From IMG/VR virus record IMGVR_UViG_3300031857_000005, positions 1-64,000 of that record: a stretch of DNA of 64,000 nucleotides. One strand, 5' to 3'. The position numbers and the translations under genes were made by a program. Every line of letters begins with the position of its first letter. Within the stretch, counting starts at the first letter, position 1. The notes below the pieces were generated by a model. That model was given only the letters and a program-made list of their open reading frames with translations. It was not told where the DNA came from and did no database searches. This document shows positions 9,360 through 18,584 of the stretch, piece by piece.

Positions 9360-10196
9360 ATGAATATCAGAAGAATTTTAATTTCCGAACAAGAAAAAAA
9401 AGACATATTATCGCAATATGGTGTAAAAAAAGATGTTATCTCTGAACAAACATTGAATGATGATGGAACATATACAATTAAGAATCTTCAAGAGTTTACA
9501 GTACACGCAATTCAGTATGGGGGTAGTGCACCTAGAGTTTACATTAAAAAAGGTGAGACAGTGAAAAAAAATACCGACGGTAAAAGTCTATCCGTAGATG
9601 TTTACTATAAAAAAGAAGACTCAACAGGTAAATTTACAGGTCCTTTGGTTAAATCAGGGTCTAAAGGGAAATTTATTTGTGGTGATTATTTATTAAGATT
9701 TGAAGGTAGTGAACAAACTTACGAACAAATTGTAATGACTGGACAACCATTTAAAACTGCAATGAATAAATTATTCTGTGATGGAAATAAATTAAAATCT
9801 GATAAAGTAGTTGGAGGTGGTGGTGAAGAACAAAAACCAAAAACAGATAATAGATGTAAATTTGTTGAGAAAGAATTCACAAATCAGCAAGTTTGTTATA
9901 TTCCGAATGATAAAACTTGGATGTATGCAAAAACTGATGATGGAAAATGGTACACAACTAAACAAACTGATAAAAAAACATGGTGTGAATTGACGACACC
10001 TAAATTCCAAAAGGCTATTGATAAATTAAATATTGAATGTAAAGGATTGGAACCAATATCAAAGTTGGAACTTAAACCAATTGGTACTATTGAAACTGAA
10101 AAGAATTTAGAATTGGTACCATCAAAACAACAAATGATTGATAAAGGTTTAGAGGCGGCTAAGTTTGTATCAAATCTACAAAACAGACCACAATAA
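9360..10196 (+). CDS. leader-family protein (ISEQEK..IL type)
   Basis: MNIRRILISEQEKKDILSQY...VISE; TATTTAT at 9340-9346. Confidence 0.75.
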   Translation: MNIRRILISEQEKKDILSQYGVKKDVISEQTLNDDGTYTIKNLQEFTVHAIQYGGSAPRVYIKKGETVKKNTDGKSLSVDVYYKKEDSTGKFTGPLVKSGSKGKFICGDYLLRFEGSEQTYEQIVMTGQPFKTAMNKLFCDGNKLKSDKVVGGGGEEQKPKTDNRCKFVEKEFTNQQVCYIPNDKTWMYAKTDDGKWYTTKQTDKKTWCELTTPKFQKAIDKLNIECKGLEPISKLELKPIGTIETEKNLELVPSKQQMIDKGLEAAKFVSNLQNRPQ

Positions 10197-10199
10197 AAT

Positions 10200-10224
10200 A
10201 AAAGGAACTTAGGTTCCTTTTTTT
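10200..10224 (+). terminator. intrinsic terminator
   Basis: AAAAGGAAC-TTAG-GTTCCTTTT followed by a T run. Confidence 0.8.
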
Positions 10225-10252
10225 ATTTAATTCTTTTTCATATCTTTGTGGT

Positions 10253-10642
10253 ATGGAAAATACATTATATATCGTAAGAGGAATACCAGGTAGTGGTAAA
10301 TCAACATTTGCAAAAACTTTAGGTGGACAACACTATGAAGCGGATATGTTCTTCATTGATGAGAATGGTGTGTATAATTTTGATTTCACTAAAATAAAAG
10401 ATGCGCATCAATGGTGTCAGAGTTTTGTTAAATCTGATATGATATTGGAATATCCCAAGATTGTGGTTTCAAATACATTCACACAAGAGTGGGAGATGCA
10501 ACCATACATTGATATGGCGAAAGAACATGGGTATAAAGTATTCACTATTGTAGTTGAGAATAGACACGGAGGTGTAAATGAACATAATGTTCCCGAACAA
10601 GTTTTAGAAAATATGCGTAATCGTTTTGAAATTAACCTTTAA
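10253..10642 (+). CDS. P-loop kinase (AAA_33 / polynucleotide kinase-like)
   Basis: IVRGIPGSGKST Walker A, VVSNTF, HNVPE.V...M; TATCTTTG at 10241-10248. Confidence 0.85.
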   Translation: MENTLYIVRGIPGSGKSTFAKTLGGQHYEADMFFIDENGVYNFDFTKIKDAHQWCQSFVKSDMILEYPKIVVSNTFTQEWEMQPYIDMAKEHGYKVFTIVVENRHGGVNEHNVPEQVLENMRNRFEINL

Positions 10643-11222
10643 CCAAAAACTTTTTAAAATCGGTTGTTGAAGGTTTTTCATTTTTAAAGTAATAAGTTTC
10701 TGTTTTACCATTATAAGTTATTTTCTTATAATATCCATCAGGAACCGTGGCGCCTGATTTGAGTATTGTGGATTTTTTTGAAAATACACAAATTACAATA
10801 ACAGACACCTCATACTTTAATGCCAATTCTCTTTCATACGCTTCTAATAAACGCCAAGTGGTTCTATTGAGATCTTGTTGTTGTAATGTACAGTTAAGGT
10901 AACTAAATGTTTTCTTTAACATAATCTTATCACAATTAAAATCTGCGGCAGGTGCCATATGTCCCTTGTCCCAAATGTTATTTTCATAATCTTTTGAGTC
11001 AGATGTTTTAACAGAATCACAAGTGAAGAAATCCATACCAGATCTTGATGCATTACCTGACGGACAATCCACGGTATAACTCACAGATAAAGGTTGTTCT
11101 AATTTCTCAGAATAAACAACGGTAAAAATATCACTTTTAATGATTACACTATCTCTTAATGGTTTTTGAGATAATAAAATAAAAGGGAAAATAAAAAATA
11201 AGGATAATAAAAACTTTTTCAT
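10632..11222 (-). CDS. DNA/RNA non-specific endonuclease (NucA-like) with signal peptide
   Basis: WDKGHMAPAADF, TFSYLN, LNRTTWRLLE, VPDGYYK; start MKKFLLSLFF; minus-strand TATTTAT 4 nt upstream. Confidence 0.85.
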   Translation of the reverse strand: MKKFLLSLFFIFPFILLSQKPLRDSVIIKSDIFTVVYSEKLEQPLSVSYTVDCPSGNASRSGMDFFTCDSVKTSDSKDYENNIWDKGHMAPAADFNCDKIMLKKTFSYLNCTLQQQDLNRTTWRLLEAYERELALKYEVSVIVICVFSKKSTILKSGATVPDGYYKKITYNGKTETYYFKNEKPSTTDFKKFLVKG

Positions 11223-11250
11223 TTCAATAAATATCAATATATTTGCAATT

Positions 11251-11904
11251 ATGGGATTTAAAAAAATATTAACGACAGGAAAAGTGTTCATCACAAGTGA
11301 TACTCACTATGGACACAAAAATATATGTCGTGGTGTGACAAATTGGAGAACACAAGATGGTGAAGTACCGGTAGATTCTACTCGTGATTTTCAAACTATT
11401 GAACAAATGAACCAACGATTGGTTGACGGTATTAATAGTGTTGTTGGACAAGATGATACCTTAATTATGTTGGGTGATGTTTCATTCGGAGGATTTGATA
11501 ATATTGGAATCTTCCTTGAAAGATTGGTTTGTCACAACATTCACCTCGTACTTGGAAATCATGATCATCATATTGAGAACAACCGTGATTATGTACAAGG
11601 GAGATTCCTGAGTGTACAACACTATTTGGAGGTGAACATCAATGGGAAAGACTTTGTACTTTGTCATTACCCATTACAAAGTTGGAACGGATTGAATAAA
11701 GGTGTTATTCATTTACACGGTCATGTTCACTTACCTGAACACCGTAAATTTGGTAATGGTAAAAGAATGGATGTTGGTGTTGATGGTAACGGTATGGATC
11801 CATATAATATTGATGATATCATTAGAATTATGGGTAAAATACCTGTTGGTTCTGACATGAGTGGTGATCATCATTTGGATGGTTTGGTTGGAGTTGTGGG
11901 TTAA
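11251..11904 (+). CDS. calcineurin-like metallophosphoesterase
   Basis: TSDTHYGH, LGDVS, GNHD, CHYP, LHGHVH, DVGVD. Confidence 0.9.
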   Translation: MGFKKILTTGKVFITSDTHYGHKNICRGVTNWRTQDGEVPVDSTRDFQTIEQMNQRLVDGINSVVGQDDTLIMLGDVSFGGFDNIGIFLERLVCHNIHLVLGNHDHHIENNRDYVQGRFLSVQHYLEVNINGKDFVLCHYPLQSWNGLNKGVIHLHGHVHLPEHRKFGNGKRMDVGVDGNGMDPYNIDDIIRIMGKIPVGSDMSGDHHLDGLVGVVG

Positions 11905-11930
11905 ATCACAACTCCTTTATATTTATATGT

Positions 11931-13181
11931 ATGAAGAAAAATTTAATCATTACTGAAAATCAACTTGAGATTATTGTAAATAATCTCTTACTGAATGAAG
12001 CCGTTGGAGTTCCTGAAGGAATCATTGAATCGGCTGAAGAACTATATGAAATCATATTAAACCTATTAAAAGGTATGGATGATTACGACACAACACAAAC
12101 ATTTACTGAAGATAATTTAGATTTAACAATATCTGATTATAAAATACACGAATTAGAGTTAGCAGTTCAAGTTCACGAAATGGATGAATATGATGGACCA
12201 TTCACTATGATATCAGCCGGTGTTGCAAATCAATTTAATTTTGATAGAAAACTACTAATGAAGGTTCATAAACAGGATAACACAATTGAGTTACAATTAC
12301 ATTTTGCATCAAATGGGGATGATTGGGATTCCCAAGACCCTTATAATTACTTTACTAATGATAGAGTTCAATTAATATCTGTAATTGCTCACGAAATTAA
12401 ACATAAGTTTGATAAACAAAAAAAGACAACTGACTTGATAGGGAAAGATGCTGATTATCAAGCATATGCAAGTCAAGGGTTAAACTTCGGAATTCCGGTT
12501 ATTAGTGAATTTATGAGATATAGTTATTTCATTCAATATGTTGAAAATCTTGTTAGACCAACTGAAATGGCAACAAGAATGAAATTAACTGGAGTAACAA
12601 GAGAAAAGTTTAGAGAATTTTTTGAAAATGATAGTGTTGTTAAAGAACTAAAAGAAATTAGAGATTTTAGTTTTGAACATTTTATGGAAGAATTACATAA
12701 TCAAATGGATCGTGTGGATGGTTTATTAGAACACGCAGATGTGGATTATGAAAATATGACTGAAGAGGAAAAAATAAAGGTAGTTATGGATATAGTTTAT
12801 ATTAATCTTATTAGTGCTAAAAGAGATATTTTTGATAAAATGACGGATAGTGTTGATAGTGAAATGGCTAATTTTATGAGAATGTTAGGTATGGGTGTTA
12901 AGCGTGAGAACGATGAAGGATTGGAAAAAGTTAGACATAAATATTTAAATCAACTTGCCAAATATCGTAATAGAGAAAGTCAGTTCTTTGTTGATGAATG
13001 TGAAAGATTTAACTATGTTGCAACAAAATTAATTAAACGACTTGTAAAAATATATTCACTTATTCCTGACGAAAAAGAACAAACCAACGAATCAATTCTT
13101 AATTGGGAGTTACACCAACAAATAATGGAGAAAAAATACGGAAAAAGAAAAATAGAAAAAGAGTTTAAATTTAAACGGTAA
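11931..13181 (+). CDS. leader-family protein (IITENQ type), 416 aa
   Basis: MKKNLIITENQLEIIVNNLLLNE; TATTTAT at 11920-11926; internal AHEIKH (HExxH-like). Confidence 0.8.
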   Translation: MKKNLIITENQLEIIVNNLLLNEAVGVPEGIIESAEELYEIILNLLKGMDDYDTTQTFTEDNLDLTISDYKIHELELAVQVHEMDEYDGPFTMISAGVANQFNFDRKLLMKVHKQDNTIELQLHFASNGDDWDSQDPYNYFTNDRVQLISVIAHEIKHKFDKQKKTTDLIGKDADYQAYASQGLNFGIPVISEFMRYSYFIQYVENLVRPTEMATRMKLTGVTREKFREFFENDSVVKELKEIRDFSFEHFMEELHNQMDRVDGLLEHADVDYENMTEEEKIKVVMDIVYINLISAKRDIFDKMTDSVDSEMANFMRMLGMGVKRENDEGLEKVRHKYLNQLAKYRNRESQFFVDECERFNYVATKLIKRLVKIYSLIPDEKEQTNESILNWELHQQIMEKKYGKRKIEKEFKFKR

Positions 13182-13186
13182 AATAT

Positions 13187-13214
13187 AATCCTTCACTTTT
13201 GTGGAGGATTTTTT
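13187..13214 (+). terminator. intrinsic terminator
   Basis: AATCCTTCAC-TTTT-GTGGAGGATT followed by a T run. Confidence 0.8.
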
Positions 13215-13226
13215 ATTATTCATAAT

Positions 13227-13595
13227 ATGAAAAAACTATTATTATTTATTCCACTAATTACACTATTATCATTTAAATCATCAGAAAAAATCTACACAGG
13301 AACCGCATCTTATTACGGACAACATTGGACAGGTAGAAAGACATCATCAGGAGAACTATTCCACAAAGACAGTTTAACTGCGGCTCATAAGTACTTTAAG
13401 TTCGGAACAATTGTGAAAGTAACAAACACAAGTAATGATTCTGTTAGATATGTTAAGATCAACGACAGGTTACCAAAATCATCAAGTTTTGTGATTGATT
13501 TGAGTTACGGAACCGCAAAGGAACTTAACTTCATTAGAAAAGGAATCACCAAAGTGACACTTGAACCAGTTGACACAGTTCCGATTAAGAAATAA
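13227..13595 (+). CDS. rlpA: RlpA-family (DPBB) lytic transglycosylase with signal peptide
   Basis: GTASYYG, TSSGE.F, TAAH, FGTIVKVTN, KINDR.P, IDLS. Confidence 0.9.
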   Translation: MKKLLLFIPLITLLSFKSSEKIYTGTASYYGQHWTGRKTSSGELFHKDSLTAAHKYFKFGTIVKVTNTSNDSVRYVKINDRLPKSSSFVIDLSYGTAKELNFIRKGITKVTLEPVDTVPIKK

Positions 13596-13602
13596 ATTTT
13601 AC

Positions 13603-13634
13603 AAACCCCACTTCAAATAAGAGTGGGGTTTTTT
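13603..13634 (+). terminator. intrinsic terminator
   Basis: AAACCCCACT...AGTGGGGTTT followed by a T run. Confidence 0.8.
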
Positions 13635-13667
13635 GTTTAATCAGATATTTATTAATAAATTTGTAAA

Positions 13668-13964
13668 ATGAAAAAAGTAATAAGACTAACCGAATCAGAC
13701 TTGACAAGAATAATCCAAAGGGTTATTACCGAATCCAAAAAGAAACAAAGTAAATCTGAAATATTAAAGATGTCAAAAGAAGAATTGGAAGATGTTTATG
13801 GTGAATTGGAAATAAAGGGTGAATACCATGGAAAAAAAGGAACATTCCACCATTTTAAAAAAGCTATGTTTGATGTTGTTTGTAGTTTTAGAACTGACGA
13901 TACAACACCATCAGGTTTAAAAAGAAATACAAAAGGAATTAAAGTTAAAAATTTAGATATTTAA
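13668..13964 (+). CDS. leader-family protein (LTESDL type)
   Basis: MKKVIRLTESDLTRIIQRVITE; TATTTAT at 13646-13652. Confidence 0.8.
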   Translation: MKKVIRLTESDLTRIIQRVITESKKKQSKSEILKMSKEELEDVYGELEIKGEYHGKKGTFHHFKKAMFDVVCSFRTDDTTPSGLKRNTKGIKVKNLDI

Positions 13965-13968
13965 TGTT

Positions 13969-14301
13969 ATGAAAAAAGTAATAAGATTAACCGAATCAGA
14001 TTTAACAAGGATTGTTAAACGAGTGATCAATGAAAATAAGAAAAAACCATCAAATGAAAAAATTGAGGATGTGTTAAAAAAACTTATGGATGATTACATT
14101 GGTGAGGATGAATGGAAAGGTGGTTATAAAGAATCGTCAGATAAACCATATGACAGATTTATGGTTAGTTTTAAACAATCGGGGGATGACACCGAAGAGA
14201 TTGCTGAAGAAATCATTGAGAAACTAAATAATAAATTTGAAAGTAACTTATTTAAACTTGGTAACGCAAGTAAAAACTCATTTTGGTTTTATATAAAATA
14301 A
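13969..14301 (+). CDS. leader-family protein (LTESDL type)
   Basis: MKKVIRLTESDLTRIVKRVINE; cargo unrelated to neighbours. Confidence 0.8.
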   Translation: MKKVIRLTESDLTRIVKRVINENKKKPSNEKIEDVLKKLMDDYIGEDEWKGGYKESSDKPYDRFMVSFKQSGDDTEEIAEEIIEKLNNKFESNLFKLGNASKNSFWFYIK

Positions 14302-14305
14302 TGAT

Positions 14306-14653
14306 ATGAAAAAAATAATTAAACTAACCGAATCAGACTTGACAAGAATTGTTAATCGTGTGATTAAAGAAAATGAATCTAAATCTGATTTATTAGACTT
14401 AACCGTTTTTCAGTTGAGAAAAAAATTGGGTTTACCTAGTGGGTGTAAGATTGAGATTAAAAAGGGTGATGTTTCAGGAAAGAAACTTAAATATACTAAA
14501 TATGTTAAATACATTATTACTCAATTACCGTCACCTGTTGACGGTAATCGTGAAAAAATAATGGATAAAATAGAATCATTAGAATCTAAAGATATTAATT
14601 CTCATGCATCACCCAATTTTGGAAAGGGAGTGACTTGGATTATTAAATACTAA
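14306..14653 (+). CDS. leader-family protein (LTESDL type)
   Basis: MKKIIKLTESDLTRIVNRVIKE. Confidence 0.8.
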   Translation: MKKIIKLTESDLTRIVNRVIKENESKSDLLDLTVFQLRKKLGLPSGCKIEIKKGDVSGKKLKYTKYVKYIITQLPSPVDGNREKIMDKIESLESKDINSHASPNFGKGVTWIIKY

Positions 14654-14677
14654 AAGTATAACATATAAAAAATATTT

Positions 14678-14709
14678 AACCTCCCTTCAGAAATGTTGGG
14701 AGGTTTTTT
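14678..14709 (+). terminator. intrinsic terminator overlapping the next -33 element
   Basis: AACCTCCC...GGGAGGTT followed by a T run. Confidence 0.75.
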
Positions 14710-14738
14710 GTTTTATTAAAAAGTAATTTGTATATTTG
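14707..14738 (+). promoter_or_regulatory. Bacteroidota-type promoter, ATG 4 nt downstream
   Basis: TTTG-N20-TATATTTG-tgtt-ATG(14743). Confidence 0.8.
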
Positions 14739-14742
14739 TGTT

Positions 14743-16214
14743 ATGAAAAAACCCTGTAAAGAATGTCCTCATATCGTCCGTAATCGTCATAATGATATGA
14801 TTGTTGATTTTGCTGAGAGAACCGGTAAGAAACACAATTGTCATATGACGGAAGGAAAAAAAGATTTGTGGAATGTAACGGATAAAAAATTGGAGTGTTA
14901 TGGTATTAAAGTTAAATAAAGATGTTGCTGGACACGTATACGAAGGTAAATACGGACAATACGATGTTAAAATTGAAAGGGGGGTTTCTAATAAATCCAC
15001 TTATTGGTATCCGTATATAAATGTGGGAGGACATTGGAAATTGTTATCTTACTTCCCAACCCTTGAAGAGGCGAAAAAAATTCTTAAAAAAAGAATTGAT
15101 AATGTAAAATAATATGGAACTACTAATTTTAATAGGATTTATAGGATTTTGTTTAGGTAATATATTTCAAATACTGATAAGAGATTATTATTTTAAACGC
15201 AAATGAAATTTTTTAAATATTTCATATAACGTCCGATGATCAACAATCGTTTTAATGTTGTTTATTTTTTGTCATATTAAAAAATAATTCTTATATTTGT
15301 GGTATGGAAAAAACGACAGATAAAAACGGAAGGGACATCAAAGTGGGTGACTATGTTAAGGTAGTTAATAGAATTACAGGATCTGTAGAAGATTCTGGTG
15401 TGATTACCAAAATTGAAGGTAGACAAGTTCATCTTGGTGTTGAATCTGTAAATGGTGTGTCATTTGATAACATTTATTTAAGAGGGGATGTAATTAAACA
15501 ATATTAATGTTATGGAAACAATAGATAATACAAAATTGAGCACCGATAAGTTAAAGGTGTTTGTTGATAGATTGAACAAGATTGGTATTGAAGTTAAACT
15601 TTCAGGAAATTTCCCGTGGATTTATATTAATGAGATATGTGGTATAAGAGTAACTGAAAAGTTTGAAGCAAATCACGGATTTACTGTGATGTTTCTTCCA
15701 GGTAGAAATGACTCACCACCATCCGAGTTTACAGATATCACCGAGATATTCAAATTGATTAGAAAATATAATAGAGAGTCTCTTTTAAGAAAAATAATGG
15801 AAGATGATCAAAAAAACGGATTGTATGAAACTGAATGAATTAAGGGTGGGTAGTATTGTTACCCACCCACTATTTGGAACACCAACAGAAGTTAGAGCAA
15901 TCGCATTTAACGGACTATACATAGGAACGGAAGATGGATTACCGATACACATTGATGACTTCAAACCCGTTGAGATAACTGAAAAAATACTAGACTTACT
16001 TCATTTTGTTGAAATGTCAGATACCGCACCTGGTATTGGTGAATTTCATTGGTGGGAAACTGAAAGTATTACACTAACACACCTTTATAAAGGTTTATAT
16101 GGAATTCAGGGTTTTAGTGATATTAAACCTATGAGATATGTTCACCAACTACAAAATGCTTGTTTTGTCATTGATGGTGAAGATTTGAACACAACAGATT
16201 TGTTAATGATGTAA
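14743..16214 (+). other. run of short hypothetical ORFs (14743-14919 Cys/His-rich, 14900-15112, 15304-15507, 15512-15838, about 15825-16214)
   Basis: co-oriented, abutting ORFs after host-type promoters; no recognisable domains. Confidence 0.65.
15268..15299 (+). promoter_or_regulatory. Bacteroidota-type promoter, ATG 4 nt downstream
   Basis: TTTG-N20-TATATTTG-tggt-ATG(15304). Confidence 0.8.
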
Positions 16215-16216
16215 TT

Positions 16217-16543
16217 TTAGAATCTTTTATTATGATAAAATTTGTATAACTGTTTAATCGTGTCCTCAAGCATATCAGAAACTTCTGTCACAAAGTCTAT
16301 TTCCTCTTGTTCTGGTAAATCCTCCCACCCAAGTTCATAATTATTCCACATAATTGATTCTACCGCTCTTAAAGTTAAGTCATATTTAAAACCTCTATAA
16401 CTTTCAGTTTCGTAATACACTTGTTGTGCATTAATTGAAAGTAACTTCTTAACCTCATCTAAATCAATTCTTCTACGGAAGAACTTTGTTTCATTCAATA
16501 ATTCTTCCCTCAATATTCTTCTTATGTTTTCTTGTAGGTTCAT
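16217..16543 (-). CDS. leader-family protein (MNLQE..RRILREE type)
   Basis: MNLQENIRRILREE followed by an RRR-type module. Confidence 0.8.
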   Translation of the reverse strand: MNLQENIRRILREELLNETKFFRRRIDLDEVKKLLSINAQQVYYETESYRGFKYDLTLRAVESIMWNNYELGWEDLPEQEEIDFVTEVSDMLEDTIKQLYKFYHNKRF

Positions 16544-16545
16544 AT

Positions 16546-16995
16546 TTAATATTTTATTATTTCATAATTTTCTAAATCCAAGTTTTTCAAGGTAATCTCT
16601 TTTTCATAATTAAAAGTTAAATTTTGAATTATTGTTTGATCTAAATTAATATTTGATTTGTGTGTTTTTATTCTGATTATTTTAGCGTTATCATTTATTT
16701 TAACATCGGATAAAAACAACCAATCCGTATCGTAAAATAAATATTCATCAGAGGTTCTTATCCAATGTATATTTTTATCCTTTTTAAATTCCCCAATAAT
16801 ATTAACTAATCTACTCAATTCAATATATTCAGGTATATTCATCAAACCACCATCATTAAAATCTTTATTAAACAGATTATCCCAATTGTCATCAAACCCT
16901 TCCATGTTACCATGAAAATTAATATATTCTTTTTTATATTTATCTTTTATGGTTTCTTCCCTTAATATTCTTCTTATGGATTCTTGTAGGTTCAT
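16546..16995 (-). CDS. leader-family protein (MNLQE..RRILREE type)
   Basis: start re-assigned to MNLQESIRRILREE; minus-strand TATTTAT at 17002-17008. Confidence 0.8.
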   Translation of the reverse strand: MNLQESIRRILREETIKDKYKKEYINFHGNMEGFDDNWDNLFNKDFNDGGLMNIPEYIELSRLVNIIGEFKKDKNIHWIRTSDEYLFYDTDWLFLSDVKINDNAKIIRIKTHKSNINLDQTIIQNLTFNYEKEITLKNLDLENYEIIKY

Positions 16996-17053
16996 ATTAA
17001 AATAAATATCCAAAAATATTGTTTGGTAAATATAAAATGATTACTTTTGTAAA

Positions 17054-17590
17054 ATGAAAATGGACTTAACTAAACTTACAATGGACGAACTTATTTCTTT
17101 AAGAAATAAAATTGAAGGACTTATTCATTCATATGATGATGGGTATTTGTATATCTGTTCTGTTCGTCAGTTCGGTAGTGTGTGGGAAGAAAGACCAAGT
17201 AGTTTACATTCTTTAAAAGAACTTTGTGGTGAATACAATGGAGACAATGGTATTGTTGATGTATATACCAACAACCCAAATTTGAAATTCCCTGAGATGG
17301 ATTTTTATAATTATGGTGATGTTATGTATATCAAATCCGAAGATGATTATAGACAATGGAATAAGTACAATAAGGATAAAAACCTAATTGAGGATGTAAC
17401 ACAACGACTTGAAGATTGGGAAAATAAAGACAATGTTCCGTTTAGTTACCGTCCACATTTTGCTCCATTTTGGACAAGAGAAGAATTGAATGAATGGATC
17501 ACAGAGTTTGAAAACACTGTTTGGGATTTCACCCCACCAGTTTCAATGAAAGTAGATGAATATTATGATGATGAAAATGAACAAGATTGA
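17054..17590 (+). CDS. hypothetical protein
   Basis: TACTTTTG-taaa-ATG. Confidence 0.7.
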   Translation: MKMDLTKLTMDELISLRNKIEGLIHSYDDGYLYICSVRQFGSVWEERPSSLHSLKELCGEYNGDNGIVDVYTNNPNLKFPEMDFYNYGDVMYIKSEDDYRQWNKYNKDKNLIEDVTQRLEDWENKDNVPFSYRPHFAPFWTREELNEWITEFENTVWDFTPPVSMKVDEYYDDENEQD

Positions 17591-18182
17591 TAACATAGAT
17601 TTAATAAAACCATTATTGAATTTTTCACATTATGGTGACTTCTATATGTTATATGTATTTAAACGAAAGAAGGATCAACCGGAAGGTGAAAGGGATAATC
17701 ACCAATCAGTAAGAACAATTAAAACTTATTGTATTGAGTCCATCCCATATTTGGAAAAAAGATATGATGAGATTAAACAACTTTGTGAAATGTTTAAGGC
17801 TCGTGCATATATCCATGTCCAAAAACAAAACCACAAAGATGTGTCATTAAATATGTTGGCAATACTTGCCGAACGGATTAGAGACGGTGTATCAAACCAA
17901 AAAGGTTTATTTGATTCAGTTGTTGGGCAAATTAAAACTCAAGAGAAACGGTGGATTGTGGATATTGACGTAACCGATTTTCATGCCGTTACTGAACTAT
18001 CACAATTTATTAATTATCTTAAACCTGAAGGTAAAAAAATTGAAGCGGTTATACCAACAAAGAATGGGTGGCATTTGATAACTGGTAAGTTTGATGTTAA
18101 GACTTTCAAGGAGAGATTTCCTGATATAGACATCGCTAAAAAAAACCCAACATTATTGTATTATCCTGAAAGTTTGGGGTAG
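17577..18182 (+). CDS. conserved phage protein, possible AEP (primase-polymerase)-like fold
   Basis: WIVDIDV (DxD) followed by TKNGWHLI (S/TxxGxH-like); similarity judged by eye only. Confidence 0.4.
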   Translation: MNKIDNIDLIKPLLNFSHYGDFYMLYVFKRKKDQPEGERDNHQSVRTIKTYCIESIPYLEKRYDEIKQLCEMFKARAYIHVQKQNHKDVSLNMLAILAERIRDGVSNQKGLFDSVVGQIKTQEKRWIVDIDVTDFHAVTELSQFINYLKPEGKKIEAVIPTKNGWHLITGKFDVKTFKERFPDIDIAKKNPTLLYYPESLG

Positions 18183-18220
18183 TGTTGTGGTATAAAAAAA
18201 TTATTAATATATTTGTCAAA

Positions 18221-18481
18221 ATGGAAGTAGAAAAATTTGAACAAGCAAAAAAAGTTAAAGAAGATCTTGATAGATTGGAAAGACAGAAGTATAAATTAGA
18301 ATCTGCGCTTAAATCTTGTGGTTTGAGTGTCACGATTGGATTTACACACTCTGGAGGTTTCAACGGAAAAGGTGAGGTTAGTTTCTATAACAAAGAGATT
18401 ATTAAAGAAATGATAACCAAAGAACTTGAGAGGTTGAATGAAGAAATAGATTTGGTAAAAGAAGAATTTGAAAAATTGTAA
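18221..18481 (+). CDS. hypothetical coiled-coil protein
   Basis: TTG-N20-TATATTTG(18208-18215)-tcaaa-ATG. Confidence 0.65.
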   Translation: MEVEKFEQAKKVKEDLDRLERQKYKLESALKSCGLSVTIGFTHSGGFNGKGEVSFYNKEIIKEMITKELERLNEEIDLVKEEFEKL

Positions 18482-18584
18482 AAAAAGAAAATATGATAGT
18501 GTATCTTGTAGGAGGAATTTGTATGGGTGTAATGTTGAGACCATATGTGGATAAATTAATAACAAATTATGTTAATAGAAAATA

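Noticed and set aside
11931-13181. Confident metallopeptidase call from AHEIKH
   Set aside because: A lone HExxH-like motif is common by chance and I could not identify a third ligand; left as a note only.
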